Made by a program: the position numbers and the translations under genes | Part shown: one piece after another, positions 1-9,802 of the stretch | How positions within the stretch are numbered: the first letter of the stretch is position 1 | Layout: each line of letters starts with the position of its first letter | Notes under the pieces: model-generated | Databases searched by the model: none | What the model was told of the DNA's origin: nothing | Seen by the model: only the letters and a program-made list of their open reading frames with translations | From: Candidatus Bathyarchaeota archaeon | Lineage (GTDB): Archaea; Thermoproteota; Bathyarchaeia; Bathyarchaeales; Bathycorpusculaceae | DNA length: 64,000 nucleotides | Direction: 5' to 3' | NCBI GenBank assembly: GCA_963772455.1 | Contig: CAVYXJ010000009.1 | Span: 32,001-96,000, forward strand

Positions 1-129
1 CAACAACAACGCTTTTTCACATGTTGTTCTTTTCTTAATTTTATTGACTCAAAAAGAATTTCTTGTTAGCTATCTAATCTTAAACTCTTTAAGCATGTTA
101 TCTGCAAATATTGAGTACGTGAGTACATA

Positions 130-1053
130 GTGGACAAAATAGACATGAGCTTAATCCTGCTTCTACTACAAAACTCAAGACTATCCTATGTAGAATTAGC
201 TGAGAAACTTAACCTTTCAGTAAACGCCGTCCACAAACGCATCCAATTACTAATCGAAACAGACGTCATTCACAAATTCACAGCAAAAGTCAGCATGTTA
301 GCTTCACAAGCCATTCCAATATACATTTCTGGAACATCACAACTCCCAAACTTCAAAGATTTACCCGACAAACTAAAGTCTCATGGCTCAATTTACTGGT
401 TAGCAATAGGCAGTGGAAAATTCCTCTACATCGGCGCATACATCAAAAACCTAGCCGAACTAGAACCTACCATATCCTTCATTAAGAAAGAAGCTCAAAT
501 CTCTGAACAAACCGTAGCCATAGCACAACAACCTCAGATGCCTCTTTTGAATCTGAAACCAGCGGATTTGACGTTATGCAACTTGGATTATCAAATCATT
601 AGTTCACTTAGGGGTGATGCACGCAAACCAATTGCGGACATTGCAACCGAGCTGGGAATATCATCCAAAACAGTTCGCCGCAGACTCAACCGGATGATAA
701 AAAACTATTTAATTGAACTTACTTTGGAATGGTACCCCGATAAATCAGACGACATAACTACTCTTATGGACATAAAATTAAAACCGGAATCCAACCTAGC
801 CAACGTGGCCTACCAAATTCTAAAGAAATACTCAACAAACGCCTTGTTCTACTGGAGTTTTGCAAATATCCCCAATGCATTAACATTCGTTATATGGACA
901 AATAGTATGGGCGAATTGGACAAGCTTCATCAAAAAATAGAAATGGAACCAGAAGTTGCTTCAGCAGTGCCCTACGTTCTCTTCACAGGCTACATCTTTG
1001 AAACGTGGCGCGATAATTTGTCCCAAAGTATGTTGTCCACTTCTTCAACGTAA
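130..1053 (+). CDS. Tandem (double-domain) Lrp/AsnC-family transcriptional regulator
   Basis: Two AsnC-type wHTH motifs: LQNSRLSYVELAEKLNLSVNAVHKRIQLL and LRGDARKPIADIATELGISSKTVRRRLNRM, each followed by a RAM-like domain. Confidence 0.85.
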   Translation: MDKIDMSLILLLLQNSRLSYVELAEKLNLSVNAVHKRIQLLIETDVIHKFTAKVSMLASQAIPIYISGTSQLPNFKDLPDKLKSHGSIYWLAIGSGKFLYIGAYIKNLAELEPTISFIKKEAQISEQTVAIAQQPQMPLLNLKPADLTLCNLDYQIISSLRGDARKPIADIATELGISSKTVRRRLNRMIKNYLIELTLEWYPDKSDDITTLMDIKLKPESNLANVAYQILKKYSTNALFYWSFANIPNALTFVIWTNSMGELDKLHQKIEMEPEVASAVPYVLFTGYIFETWRDNLSQSMLSTSST

Positions 1054-1314
1054 TGGTGATTCTTATTGTGAAGAGATTTTGGAAAAAAACGTTTGAGAAA
1101 TCGCAGTAAGTTCAATGCGAAACCACAAAATCCAGCCAAGAACTCAACGAAGAATACCTATCCATAAAAAAGCTACTCAAAACTCAACTGACCTAAAATA
1201 AGTCAGTATTGATACCCAGCTCATCAAAACTCTTACCTAAAAAACTATTAACTAATTTCAGCAAAAGCTTAAATGGTAAAATCAGGAGTATTTTTGGTGA
1301 CATAGCTGGAGATT

Positions 1315-4300
1315 TTGTCATCAAGACGGGCAATTACTAAAACGGTTGCACTCGTCTTGATAATAATTGCATTAGTTGCAGCTTTAATTCCGATTGATTT
1401 GTATTACTCTTCGTTGTCAAAGGATTCGGCAAATCAGGATTCAACACCTTCACCAACCCCTTCGTCAACAATTTCACTTATTCCAACGCCATCTACTCAA
1501 CCAACATCGACACCGACGGCGACTCCACATCCTACACCAACCCCAACTTATCAGCCTGTCTCTACTCCCTATCCAATAGCAACTCCCTCACCTACCTATC
1601 CACCCCCTGGAACAGGACCAAGCACCACTGAAGCATTAGTTAACGAAACCCCGGTCACAATTCAAAACCTTCTAAGCGAATTAAGTCAGGATCAAAAATC
1701 AACATTTTCAACTAAAGCTAACTCTACCCTTGGAAATTGGACTGGAAGTATTGTTTATTCTCCTCTATCATGGATTGCAAATGACAAAGTCAGCTTGGGT
1801 ATTTCGGTTAATATTTCAAAAGAAGTTCTTTCAAGGTTTCTTGCTATTAACAAAAGAATAGACTCCACTTGTGTTCTTGTTACTGCTGAACGGGACTATG
1901 ATTCTCAAGGAAATCAACGAACACCTTGGGACAATACCTTTTCCACGATTCTAACCCCCTCTGGTCTCCCCATTGAAGCAGGAGGAAGCGCAGCCATTAG
2001 CCGCTACAACGGATATACACGGAGATCTCCAGTTGATGTTATGATTGAAGTTCCTTACTCTTCTCTTGACGTTTCGAACAATGCTGAATGGGCTTCAGGC
2101 TCACTTTACGGCAGTTTCACTCTACCCAACAACCTCCCCCCAGGAATCTACAGACTGCGACTCGATTTCGGATTTAAAGCAGGATCAAAATACATCGACT
2201 TCAACAACGCCACAATTGGCACAAGACCCACCTACCTCAACAGTATATCCTGCGCATACTCACCACCTATTCTTGCCAGCGGATGGAATGTCAATGGCAG
2301 TTGGGTTGATGCTTCACAAATAATTCGAAAGCCATACTGGGACCTGCTTTGGGATTATAGTTCAAACGGGTACCGCGGAGTTGTTGCTTCTGAGGACCAG
2401 AAGAGAGTAGCAATCTCGCCAAGAAGCCTAATCCATGATGCAGTTGTCTTGCCAAAAGTGAACATAAACGGTGTTCAGATTTCCTACAATATTGAACCTA
2501 ATTTTCTATTAGATAATGATAATACTCAAAGAAATATTCCTATGAATTATCGTTCGGGTCAATGGACTGTTAAAGTTACCTTTCCAAATGGCACAGTTAA
2601 GAATCTTGGAACTGCCAACTTTGCAGCTCAAAGAGGAAACGGCGCCTCAACACAAAACAGCACTTTCACAGCATGGAAACCCCCAGTATATGGTAACTAT
2701 TCAATTGAAGCCTACGGATGGATTCAAGATAATTGGGGTAACCGTTACCAGGGCGGCGGTAACTATACCTTCTGGATTGGCAACAGACTTACAGTCGCAA
2801 CAGCCACATTTCAAGGAATGCCCTACAATGTAGGCAACCGCTATGGCAGAGATTTAGCTTTTAACCCACCTGTACCCGCAAACGTAACTATGAAAGCACA
2901 GCTTTTCTTAAACTCAGACCCAAACAACGTAACTACCGTCATTTCCAGCGGCGTCGCCACAATGGGTGGCATTTGGGGAGCCGCCCAAGGCATGGTCGCA
3001 CTACCATTCCCAGCGCCAGGAGAATATTATGCAACAGTAACAGCCACTTATGTTGATCCAGGAGGAGTCCTCTGGGTAGCTGCAATGACTCATGCAGGAG
3101 TTGTTTATCCAACGAATTCATCAATTGTAGCCCACGGAAAAAAACTTCAACTTACAAACGGCACTTTAGTAGATCGAGGAGAAACAAAAACGGAAGGTTA
3201 TACAGTCTCCCAATGGAACACTTTACGCCTACAGCATATTAATTTCCCATACAACTTTAGCGATGTCTTAGAAATTGCAAGTGAATTTCAAGCATCTAAC
3301 AAGATTGAACCAGTCTTATCTTACAACAACGCAACAAATCCCACTGCATACGATCCAAACATACAAGGCATTGGTCGCACCAACATTGTAACCAAAACAA
3401 GCAATAACTTATCCCCAGAAATGTTCCCAGAATATATCACAGACTTGCAGTATTTCTACGGCGCAGCGGCACAACCAGGATTTAACGCAAGATTTATTGT
3501 TGCATACGATTATACAAGAGCACCTTACTGGCCAACAAGCAACACCAACTTTGGCGGCCAATATGGCGCATCGAACAATGGAGACCTCCCTGGAACAATA
3601 TACCGCCTCCTGGGTGGCGTTGTCCTAAAGAATAAAGATCAAACCCCCAACTATGCCGGATACCAAGCAACAGCCTTCGTATTACCTAAAGGAACAAACA
3701 ACAACCGTATCATAGGTCCAGGCGATGAAAATTTACCCTCTCCAGACAACACATCAGCTCGCTTCTTCCTTGTCCCAATAAGACCCGGCTCAATCTACCC
3801 CATAGGAGCAACTTTCACACCTGTTCTCCAAATTGACCCCATACTACCATGCAATGTTACATTCACACTAACTGCGCCCAATAATATGACGTACATTTCG
3901 ACAGGTCAAGGAGACAAATATGGATACTTTGTAGGCTCTAAAGGATTTATTTTGAATCAGACTGGAGTATGGACTTACTTGGTCAATGCCACATGGAATG
4001 GTTATCAAGGTCGTGTTCCAGGCTTGCCAGACGCTGGAGGTTGGATATACGTAATTGAAAATGGTACACCACCGGGTCCAGGAATAACAATGAAGATGCC
4101 TACGCAACAAACATTCTCTCCAACAGCCGGCTTGAATGTAACCGGACAAACCACCGCTTCAAAAGTCTTTTACGCCATCATTATTCCAGGCGCAGTTCTC
4201 GAGGAGGGTGTTTTGCCAGTGAACAATGGCAACTTCACCTATTACTTCAATCCTCAAGCTATGGCTGATAAAATCCAAACTTACGACATAATTTACTATG

Positions 4301-4440
4301 CAAATGGACAAGCACAAATCGGGAAAATAGTTCATTTATCATTTTTCTCTGAAGAAACTTCATCAGATGGCACAATTTATCACTCATTTGCCAGAGTAGT
4401 CTTAAGGGGAACCACTGCAGTCTACGTTAAAGAAAGATAA
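1315..4440 (+). CDS. Large membrane-anchored/secreted protein, 1041 aa, with a Pro/Thr-rich linker
   Basis: N-terminal hydrophobic helix, PTPSPT-rich stalk, many N-X-S/T sequons; GGTGA upstream. Confidence 0.75.
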   Translation: MSSRRAITKTVALVLIIIALVAALIPIDLYYSSLSKDSANQDSTPSPTPSSTISLIPTPSTQPTSTPTATPHPTPTPTYQPVSTPYPIATPSPTYPPPGTGPSTTEALVNETPVTIQNLLSELSQDQKSTFSTKANSTLGNWTGSIVYSPLSWIANDKVSLGISVNISKEVLSRFLAINKRIDSTCVLVTAERDYDSQGNQRTPWDNTFSTILTPSGLPIEAGGSAAISRYNGYTRRSPVDVMIEVPYSSLDVSNNAEWASGSLYGSFTLPNNLPPGIYRLRLDFGFKAGSKYIDFNNATIGTRPTYLNSISCAYSPPILASGWNVNGSWVDASQIIRKPYWDLLWDYSSNGYRGVVASEDQKRVAISPRSLIHDAVVLPKVNINGVQISYNIEPNFLLDNDNTQRNIPMNYRSGQWTVKVTFPNGTVKNLGTANFAAQRGNGASTQNSTFTAWKPPVYGNYSIEAYGWIQDNWGNRYQGGGNYTFWIGNRLTVATATFQGMPYNVGNRYGRDLAFNPPVPANVTMKAQLFLNSDPNNVTTVISSGVATMGGIWGAAQGMVALPFPAPGEYYATVTATYVDPGGVLWVAAMTHAGVVYPTNSSIVAHGKKLQLTNGTLVDRGETKTEGYTVSQWNTLRLQHINFPYNFSDVLEIASEFQASNKIEPVLSYNNATNPTAYDPNIQGIGRTNIVTKTSNNLSPEMFPEYITDLQYFYGAAAQPGFNARFIVAYDYTRAPYWPTSNTNFGGQYGASNNGDLPGTIYRLLGGVVLKNKDQTPNYAGYQATAFVLPKGTNNNRIIGPGDENLPSPDNTSARFFLVPIRPGSIYPIGATFTPVLQIDPILPCNVTFTLTAPNNMTYISTGQGDKYGYFVGSKGFILNQTGVWTYLVNATWNGYQGRVPGLPDAGGWIYVIENGTPPGPGITMKMPTQQTFSPTAGLNVTGQTTASKVFYAIIIPGAVLEEGVLPVNNGNFTYYFNPQAMADKIQTYDIIYYANGQAQIGKIVHLSFFSEETSSDGTIYHSFARVVLRGTTAVYVKER

Positions 4441-4479
4441 ACCAGAAAACACGAATCTCAAAGTTAAGAGTAATACTCA

Positions 4480-5046
4480 ATGAAAAAACGGTTAACAATC
4501 ACATTACTTCTTTTAGTCATGGTAGTAGTGGCTGGGTTCACAATCTATTTGTCAGCAACCCTATCTAAACCGGAAAACCCATCGGCTATTCCACGTTACT
4601 TAAGCTACAACGACAAGACAACCAAAATCTACCTAATTGATTCCATCACCTCTTACAGCAAAGCCAATGAAACATACGCTACAGGTGATGGACAAATCGT
4701 TGAGAAAGACACTCCATTGTTTGTAATTACAATGACTTTAAGAAACGATTATACCTCTGATAATCCAGCTCCACCTCTAAACAACCAAGAACAAACTTCA
4801 CCAGCTGACGGCACAGCTTATCTGTACTTAACTGCCCAACTTTATGATAAAAACGGCAAATTGAACGCAACAAACGTGTCCATTTCAGATTTTTCATTGC
4901 CAACAACATCTGGAACGGGGCTTGTTCTTTCAAGCGGACAAACAACTTCAGTCAATATCTATATGGCAACATCTCAAACCAACATTAACAGATACGAACT
5001 TAGCCTCTATTTCTTAGGCGACAGTATTCCAACCAAAAATATATAG
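4480..5046 (+). CDS. Secreted/membrane-anchored hypothetical protein (Ig-like beta fold likely)
   Basis: KKR plus N-terminal TM segment; beta-rich body; 39 bp after the 1041-aa gene. Confidence 0.7.
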   Translation: MKKRLTITLLLLVMVVVAGFTIYLSATLSKPENPSAIPRYLSYNDKTTKIYLIDSITSYSKANETYATGDGQIVEKDTPLFVITMTLRNDYTSDNPAPPLNNQEQTSPADGTAYLYLTAQLYDKNGKLNATNVSISDFSLPTTSGTGLVLSSGQTTSVNIYMATSQTNINRYELSLYFLGDSIPTKNI

Positions 5047-5177
5047 ACGCTTTAGATTTTCTCTTCACACGCAAACCCTTGATTCAAGTAATTTTTTTTC
5101 TTAATGATTTTCTAATCTATTTTAAGCTCCAAGATAACCGAAAAGTTGAAATTTGATCTAACGACACCTTTTATTAG

Positions 5178-5597
5178 GTGAATTTTTTGACAGTTAAACA
5201 AAAAGGAACAAAGGATGATCCTTGGATTCTTAAAACTCCATCTGGAACTTCTGAATTTAAAGCATACAAAGATGAAAAAGCCGATCCACCAGCAATAGTT
5301 GTTTGGGTTGGTAAAACGGAACTTAAGTACCAACTTCGAGCTTTGGATGATTTACAAAAGATGCTCAAGTCAAAAGGTGACTGGGTGCCGCTGGGCAGCA
5401 CTGATGAGCAGAAACCGACTGAAGAGGGAACTGTTGAAGCTTGGGGTAGGTCACCGAAAAACCCTGTTGGAGGATGGTATGGACTAAAGAAAGGTTTGCG
5501 AGGCAGATTTGCAAACTATGTGCCACCTATAATGGAGGCTTTGGGATTAGCAGAGGTTGAGCATAACCCAAAAAACAACCGAATGCGATCAAAATAA
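5178..5597 (+). CDS. Conserved hypothetical protein, DUF6855-like (probable start TTG 5187)
   Basis: Motifs GTKDDPWxLKTP, DEQKP, GTVEAWGRSxxNPVGGWYGLKKGLRGRF, HNPKNNRMR recalled from a mostly bacterial family. Confidence 0.65.
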   Translation: MNFLTVKQKGTKDDPWILKTPSGTSEFKAYKDEKADPPAIVVWVGKTELKYQLRALDDLQKMLKSKGDWVPLGSTDEQKPTEEGTVEAWGRSPKNPVGGWYGLKKGLRGRFANYVPPIMEALGLAEVEHNPKNNRMRSK

Positions 5598-5661
5598 CAA
5601 ATCTTCCCAAATTTTTTATCTCCGCTATTTTTTATTGAAGTGTCTATTAAAAAAAATGAAA

Positions 5662-5700
5662 GATTCCTGAACAAAAAAAGAAAAGATAGTTGTTGGTTTT
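5662..5700 (-). terminator. T-rich archaeal terminator after PQQ paralog 1
   Basis: Minus strand AAAACCAACAACTATCTTTTCTTTTTTTGTT directly after the stop. Confidence 0.5.
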
Positions 5701-8308
5701 TTATTGTTTCTTTTTGATTGCAAATAAGATTGCTGCGCCAACTATTGCGATTGCGACGATGATTGCTATTACACCTGCAATTACGTATGTTGTCAATGTA
5801 TTGGTTGTATTATCAAGTGAGATAGGTTCTGGTGTTGCTATTATTGTTGGGGCATCGCTTACTGTTGCATAGGTGGTTGCCCATGAGTTTCCATAGGATT
5901 GGTCACCTGCAAAGGTTGCTGTAATTTTGTATTGTCCCGATATTGTTGGGTTCCATGCATAGGCAAAGTTACCTTTCTCGTCGCTGGTCACCGTGTTGAG
6001 GTGGAAGAAGTTGTTGTTTGGGTCAATCACATCAATTGATACTGGGACTCCTGTGACTGTTACGTTGTGGTAGAATCCATCAATTGGTCGTTGCATATGT
6101 AGAAACTCCATGTAGGTCGACATTGATTCTTTGGATACGCATGCTGCACCTGTTTGGGCTGGTGACTGGTCGAGGATAGTGCCTGATATTATTGCTGTTG
6201 TTCCTGCAGTAATAGCTGTTTGTGGGGCAGAAATTGTTGTTTGACTTTGTCCTACTCCAAATACGTACATGTTGCCATCGTATCTGTTATCATATGTTAG
6301 GTAGCCATCTGCAACTGCACCTGCTGATCCTCCGCCTGAAATATCCCATAAGTATTCGCCTGTAGTCGCGTTAAGTGCCCAAAGTCTCCAGCCTCTTGTG
6401 AGCGGCTCTGTTGGTGAATGTTCGCCGTTTGCATAATAGAGTACACCATCTGCGATTTGGGGTGAGTTACTAAAGAGCGTCATGGAAGGGTATGTTGCGG
6501 ATTCAAATGGAATGGCTGGTGTTGAGTAGTGCCAAACGATCTTGCCGGTGTTCCAGTCTAGTGCATAGAAACCTGCATATGAGAAGTCATAGATTAAGCC
6601 GCCGTAAGAAGCGATTGTGTAGGCTCCAAAATCTCCCCATGGGTATTCTTCGCCACCTACTTCACCGGGTTTAGCAGTTTGCCAAAGTAGTTGTCCTGTC
6701 TGTAGATTCCAACAGTCCCACCATCCACCGAGTACGCGTACGGTAACTTTTCCATGGTCTGCACAGAGGCCTGTGGGGAAGAAGATGTCGTTTGAGGTAA
6801 CGTTCCAAAGCAGTTGCCCTGTGGTTAAACTTGCAGCGGTCAAATACTGTCCAAGTGCATGACCTGCGCCTGCTGGTGTTATTGTAGCTGAAGTGACTGC
6901 AATGTTTGACTCAAAGTCTACTGAACCTAGACTGCTAAATGGGTAAGTTACGTTGCTTATTATTCTGGTGTTGAAGTCTGTGCTTGTTCCGGTTGTTGTC
7001 CAGTTTATGAGTTTATAACGGTTTGCACCTGCGGTTGCTCCAAGGTCTTGCACTGTTAATGCATAGGGGTCTTTGTACATGGTGCCTGAGCTTATTGGCA
7101 GCGTGATGTTTAAGGTGACTGCGCCGCTCCATGGATTGTATTTTATCATCCTTGATGATCCGATGTACACGAGCGAGTATGTGCCTGTTCCCTGACCAGT
7201 CTGTTCTGCGCCTGGTACTGAAGATGCGACTTGGTTAAACGTAATCACGGTCGGTGGCTGAGTTATGCCTGTTTGCTCCCAATAGACCTGCCCCGTGCGT
7301 ATGTCGTAGCATTGCCAGACGTTTACTGTCTGTGAATATGTTACACCGTTTATTGTTGTTGTCATTGGTTTGCTGATTGTTTGGTATGCTCTGCCTTGAA
7401 AGATTATAGTGGGAGTGCCTGCATAGGCGCCTTCGCCTGGGCCCACTGAACGATAGCCAAATTGTCCACCTGCAATGCCTGCTAATGCACCTTGTCTCAT
7501 CCAAGCAATGTGTGAAGTTTTAGGACCCTCCACGTATGGGGTGAATTTATAGTTGCTTGCGTATGCGTTGGTGTTTGCTGGCCACCCTTCACCGCCACCT
7601 ACTCCTGTGTAAGGAAAGTGTCCGCCTATGACCCACCATTCACGGTTTTCGATGGGTATGGGGCGGGTCCAGTAGTCTGTTGGAAGCTGCGCTGCAGGAT
7701 ATGAGTAGACTGGTTCTTGTTGTACTGTCAATGAAACTTCTGGACTGGTTGAAGCTTGGTACCAGGCTGATTGAAAGCTTGCTGCTCCGCCAAATCCCAT
7801 TCCACCTGTGCTGGTTCCTGGTGGGAGGTCTGCTTGAGTAGCATAGTATTTGCCATTGTAGTACCATCCTGCTTGTAAGTAATTGCCGGCAAAGTTGAAT
7901 TTGAATTTGTATATTCCTAATTGGTCTACACCATATTGAATCCATGCTGTGGCGTCTCCTTGATAGGAGTTTATTGGTCCGATGGTTTCAGTTGTATTGT
8001 CTGGTTTTGTTACTGTTATAGTATAACCTGAGAAGAAGCGTTGGTAAGCTATTGGTGGTTCAAGCCATATGTTGATTAGAACTGATTGACCTTGGCCAAT
8101 CGGGTTGGGACTGATACTGATGAATGCGGTTGTTGGGATTGTAACATTTGGGGTTGTGCCTTGGGGAGGTGCGGTTGGCCACGGTGTTAGTTGTGGGGCT
8201 CCTATTTGTTCTACTTCTGCATTCGTTGAAAAAGATACTAGATGCGATTGAAATCAGCATTATTACAAGAGACAATATTGCCAAGATTTTATTTCTAGTT
8301 GATTGCAT
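5701..8308 (-). CDS. PQQ-binding-like beta-propeller surface protein, paralog 1 (one frameshift near 8230)
   Basis: Signal peptide in ORF 8308-8060; after a shift at the A5 run near 8230 one frame reads SPNPIGQGQ...YWTRPI... into ORF 7800-5701; TGxxxW propeller repeats; C-terminal TM and KKKQ. Confidence 0.85.
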
Positions 8309-8490
8309 TTTTATTTCCTCATATATTGTTGGAAAAAAGAGCCAGATCTAAAGATAGAATACTCTCTCTCTCCATAACGCCGATTATTGGTTTTAATTGT
8401 TAATAAAAGGTATTGGAAAGTGACCACTGACGACAAAAAAAATCAAGAAAAATTGGCAGACAAAAGCAAATAGATTAGCTGAGATGTTTT

Positions 8491-8511
8491 AGAAAAAAGA
8501 AAAAAGAGAAA
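8491..8511 (-). terminator. T-tract terminator downstream of the Lys-rich micro-ORF
   Basis: Minus strand TTTCTCTTTTTTCTTTTTTCT about 22 nt after the stop. Confidence 0.5.
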
Positions 8512-8533
8512 TGAATGTGCCTACGCCGAGGTC

Positions 8534-8590
8534 TTATTTTTTCTTTGCTGGTGCTTTCTTTACTTCTTTTTTAGCTGGTTTTTTTGCCAT
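8534..8590 (-). CDS. 18-aa lysine-rich micropeptide MAKKPAKKEVKKAPAKKK (histone-tail/H1-like)
   Basis: Hand translation ATG(8590) to TAA(8534); GAGGT SD 8 nt upstream; TTATAAATA box at 8638-8630; downstream T-tract; below the ORF-track size cutoff. Confidence 0.7.
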   Translation of the reverse strand: MAKKPAKKEVKKAPAKKK

Positions 8591-8627
8591 TTGAAATAAC
8601 CTCGGGATTCAATGTATGAGAGCTATT

Positions 8628-8682
8628 GGTATTTATAATTTGCTGAATTGAGGAGAAAACAGATAACAAAGCTTAATACTTA
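8628..8682. promoter_or_regulatory. Back-to-back TATA boxes for the micropeptide (-) and the histone (+)
   Basis: Minus TTATAAATA (8638-8630); plus AAAGCTTAATA (8668-8678) with a purine-rich BRE-like stretch. Confidence 0.55.
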
Positions 8683-8717
8683 CTTGAAAAGAAAAAGAGG
8701 CTGTGGATGAAGTCGCT

Positions 8718-8939
8718 ATGAACGAATTAGAAATTTCTGTTGCTCCGATGCATAGAATATGCAAAAAAGCGGGAGCAAAAAGGGTAAGTGAAGAAGGAGC
8801 AAAAGAACTTGGAAAAATTCTCGAAGGGATTGGTGTAAAGATTGCAAAAGAAGCACTGGATTACGCGACATACGCTAAAAGAAAGACAATTAAAGTGGAA
8901 GATATCCAAATCGCTGTAAGAAAAGTTATGGAAAAATAG
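8718..8939 (+). CDS. Archaeal histone (HMf family), variant with Y49 and K51
   Basis: APMHRICKKAGAKRVS...AKRKTIKVEDI aligns colinearly with HMfB (R10, G16, R19, R52, T54, D59 conserved); ATG 8718 preferred over GTG 8703. Confidence 0.95.
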   Translation: MNELEISVAPMHRICKKAGAKRVSEEGAKELGKILEGIGVKIAKEALDYATYAKRKTIKVEDIQIAVRKVMEK

Positions 8940-9057
8940 CAACCTAATTTCTTATTTAAGAATAGAAAAATATGAGCGTATTTCAAATCTCCTGTTGTGT
9001 CTTATTGCTTACAGAAAAAGTATGCTTATTAATTTCCAATTAACCTCTTGAAGAATA

Positions 9058-9715
9058 ATGAACGAATTCTCTCTTCATTCAGAAATAAAAAAAGCTTACT
9101 CGCTTCCTGGAGATCAATTTGAGGTTAAATTAGACAACTACATCGTCGATCTCTTGAGGGAAAATTTAGTAATCGAAGTTCAGACAAAGAATTTTTCAGC
9201 CCTAAAAGAAAAACTTCAAGTGCTTACTAAAAAACACCAGGTGAGGTTAGTCTATCCTCTGCCTGAAAGAAAGTTGATAACACATGTTACAAAAGATCAC
9301 AAAGTCCTAAATACTCGTAAATCCCCCAAAAAAGGAAAACTAACTGATCTATTTCGTGAGTTAGTCATGATTCCGCAAATGATCAGTGTAGAGAACTTTT
9401 CTTTAGAAGTTTTACTCATCGATGAAGAAGAGATAAGGTGCGACGATGGAAAAGGAAGTTGGAGAAGAAGAGGAGTCAGTATCGAAGACCGGAAGCTTCT
9501 GAAAATAAACAATCGAATTCTATTCCAAACCAAAGATGACTATCTCAAAATACTTCCTGAAAGCCTAAATGAAGTTTTCACCAATAGAGAATTAGCGAAA
9601 TCAGCAAAGATTTCAGTGAAGACTGCAAGGCAAATAACTTATTGTTTAAGAAAAAGCGGGATTGTTCAGATTAGCTGGAAAAAAAGGTAGAGAAATAATT
9701 TTTCAGTATGTATAG
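9058..9715 (+). CDS. PD-(D/E)XK nuclease-fold protein with C-terminal HTH (probable frameshift near 9672)
   Basis: SLHxxIK...YIVDLLR..LVIEVQT motif; FTNRELAK...ARQITYCL HTH; alternative frame continues AGKKGREIIFQYV*. Confidence 0.65.
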
Positions 9716-9802
9716 AAACAAATCGCCTTAGAGAAGAAGAAAAATTCTTCTATCTGTAAACTAAGATTTCCAATAAAATTTCCTCGAAATACAAAAAAGA
9801 GA

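Noticed and set aside
5-28. AACAAC-N12-GTTGTT inverted repeat upstream of the Lrp gene
   Set aside because: Short, low-complexity and at the window edge; could be chance
1435-1630. Repetitive CCAAC/ACACC DNA resembling a tandem repeat
   Set aside because: Explained by the Pro/Thr linker codons; same for 44800-44880 and 45090-45300
8534-8590. Micropeptide as ribosomal protein eL41
   Set aside because: Lacks the Arg/Trp-rich eL41 pattern; composition is K/A/P
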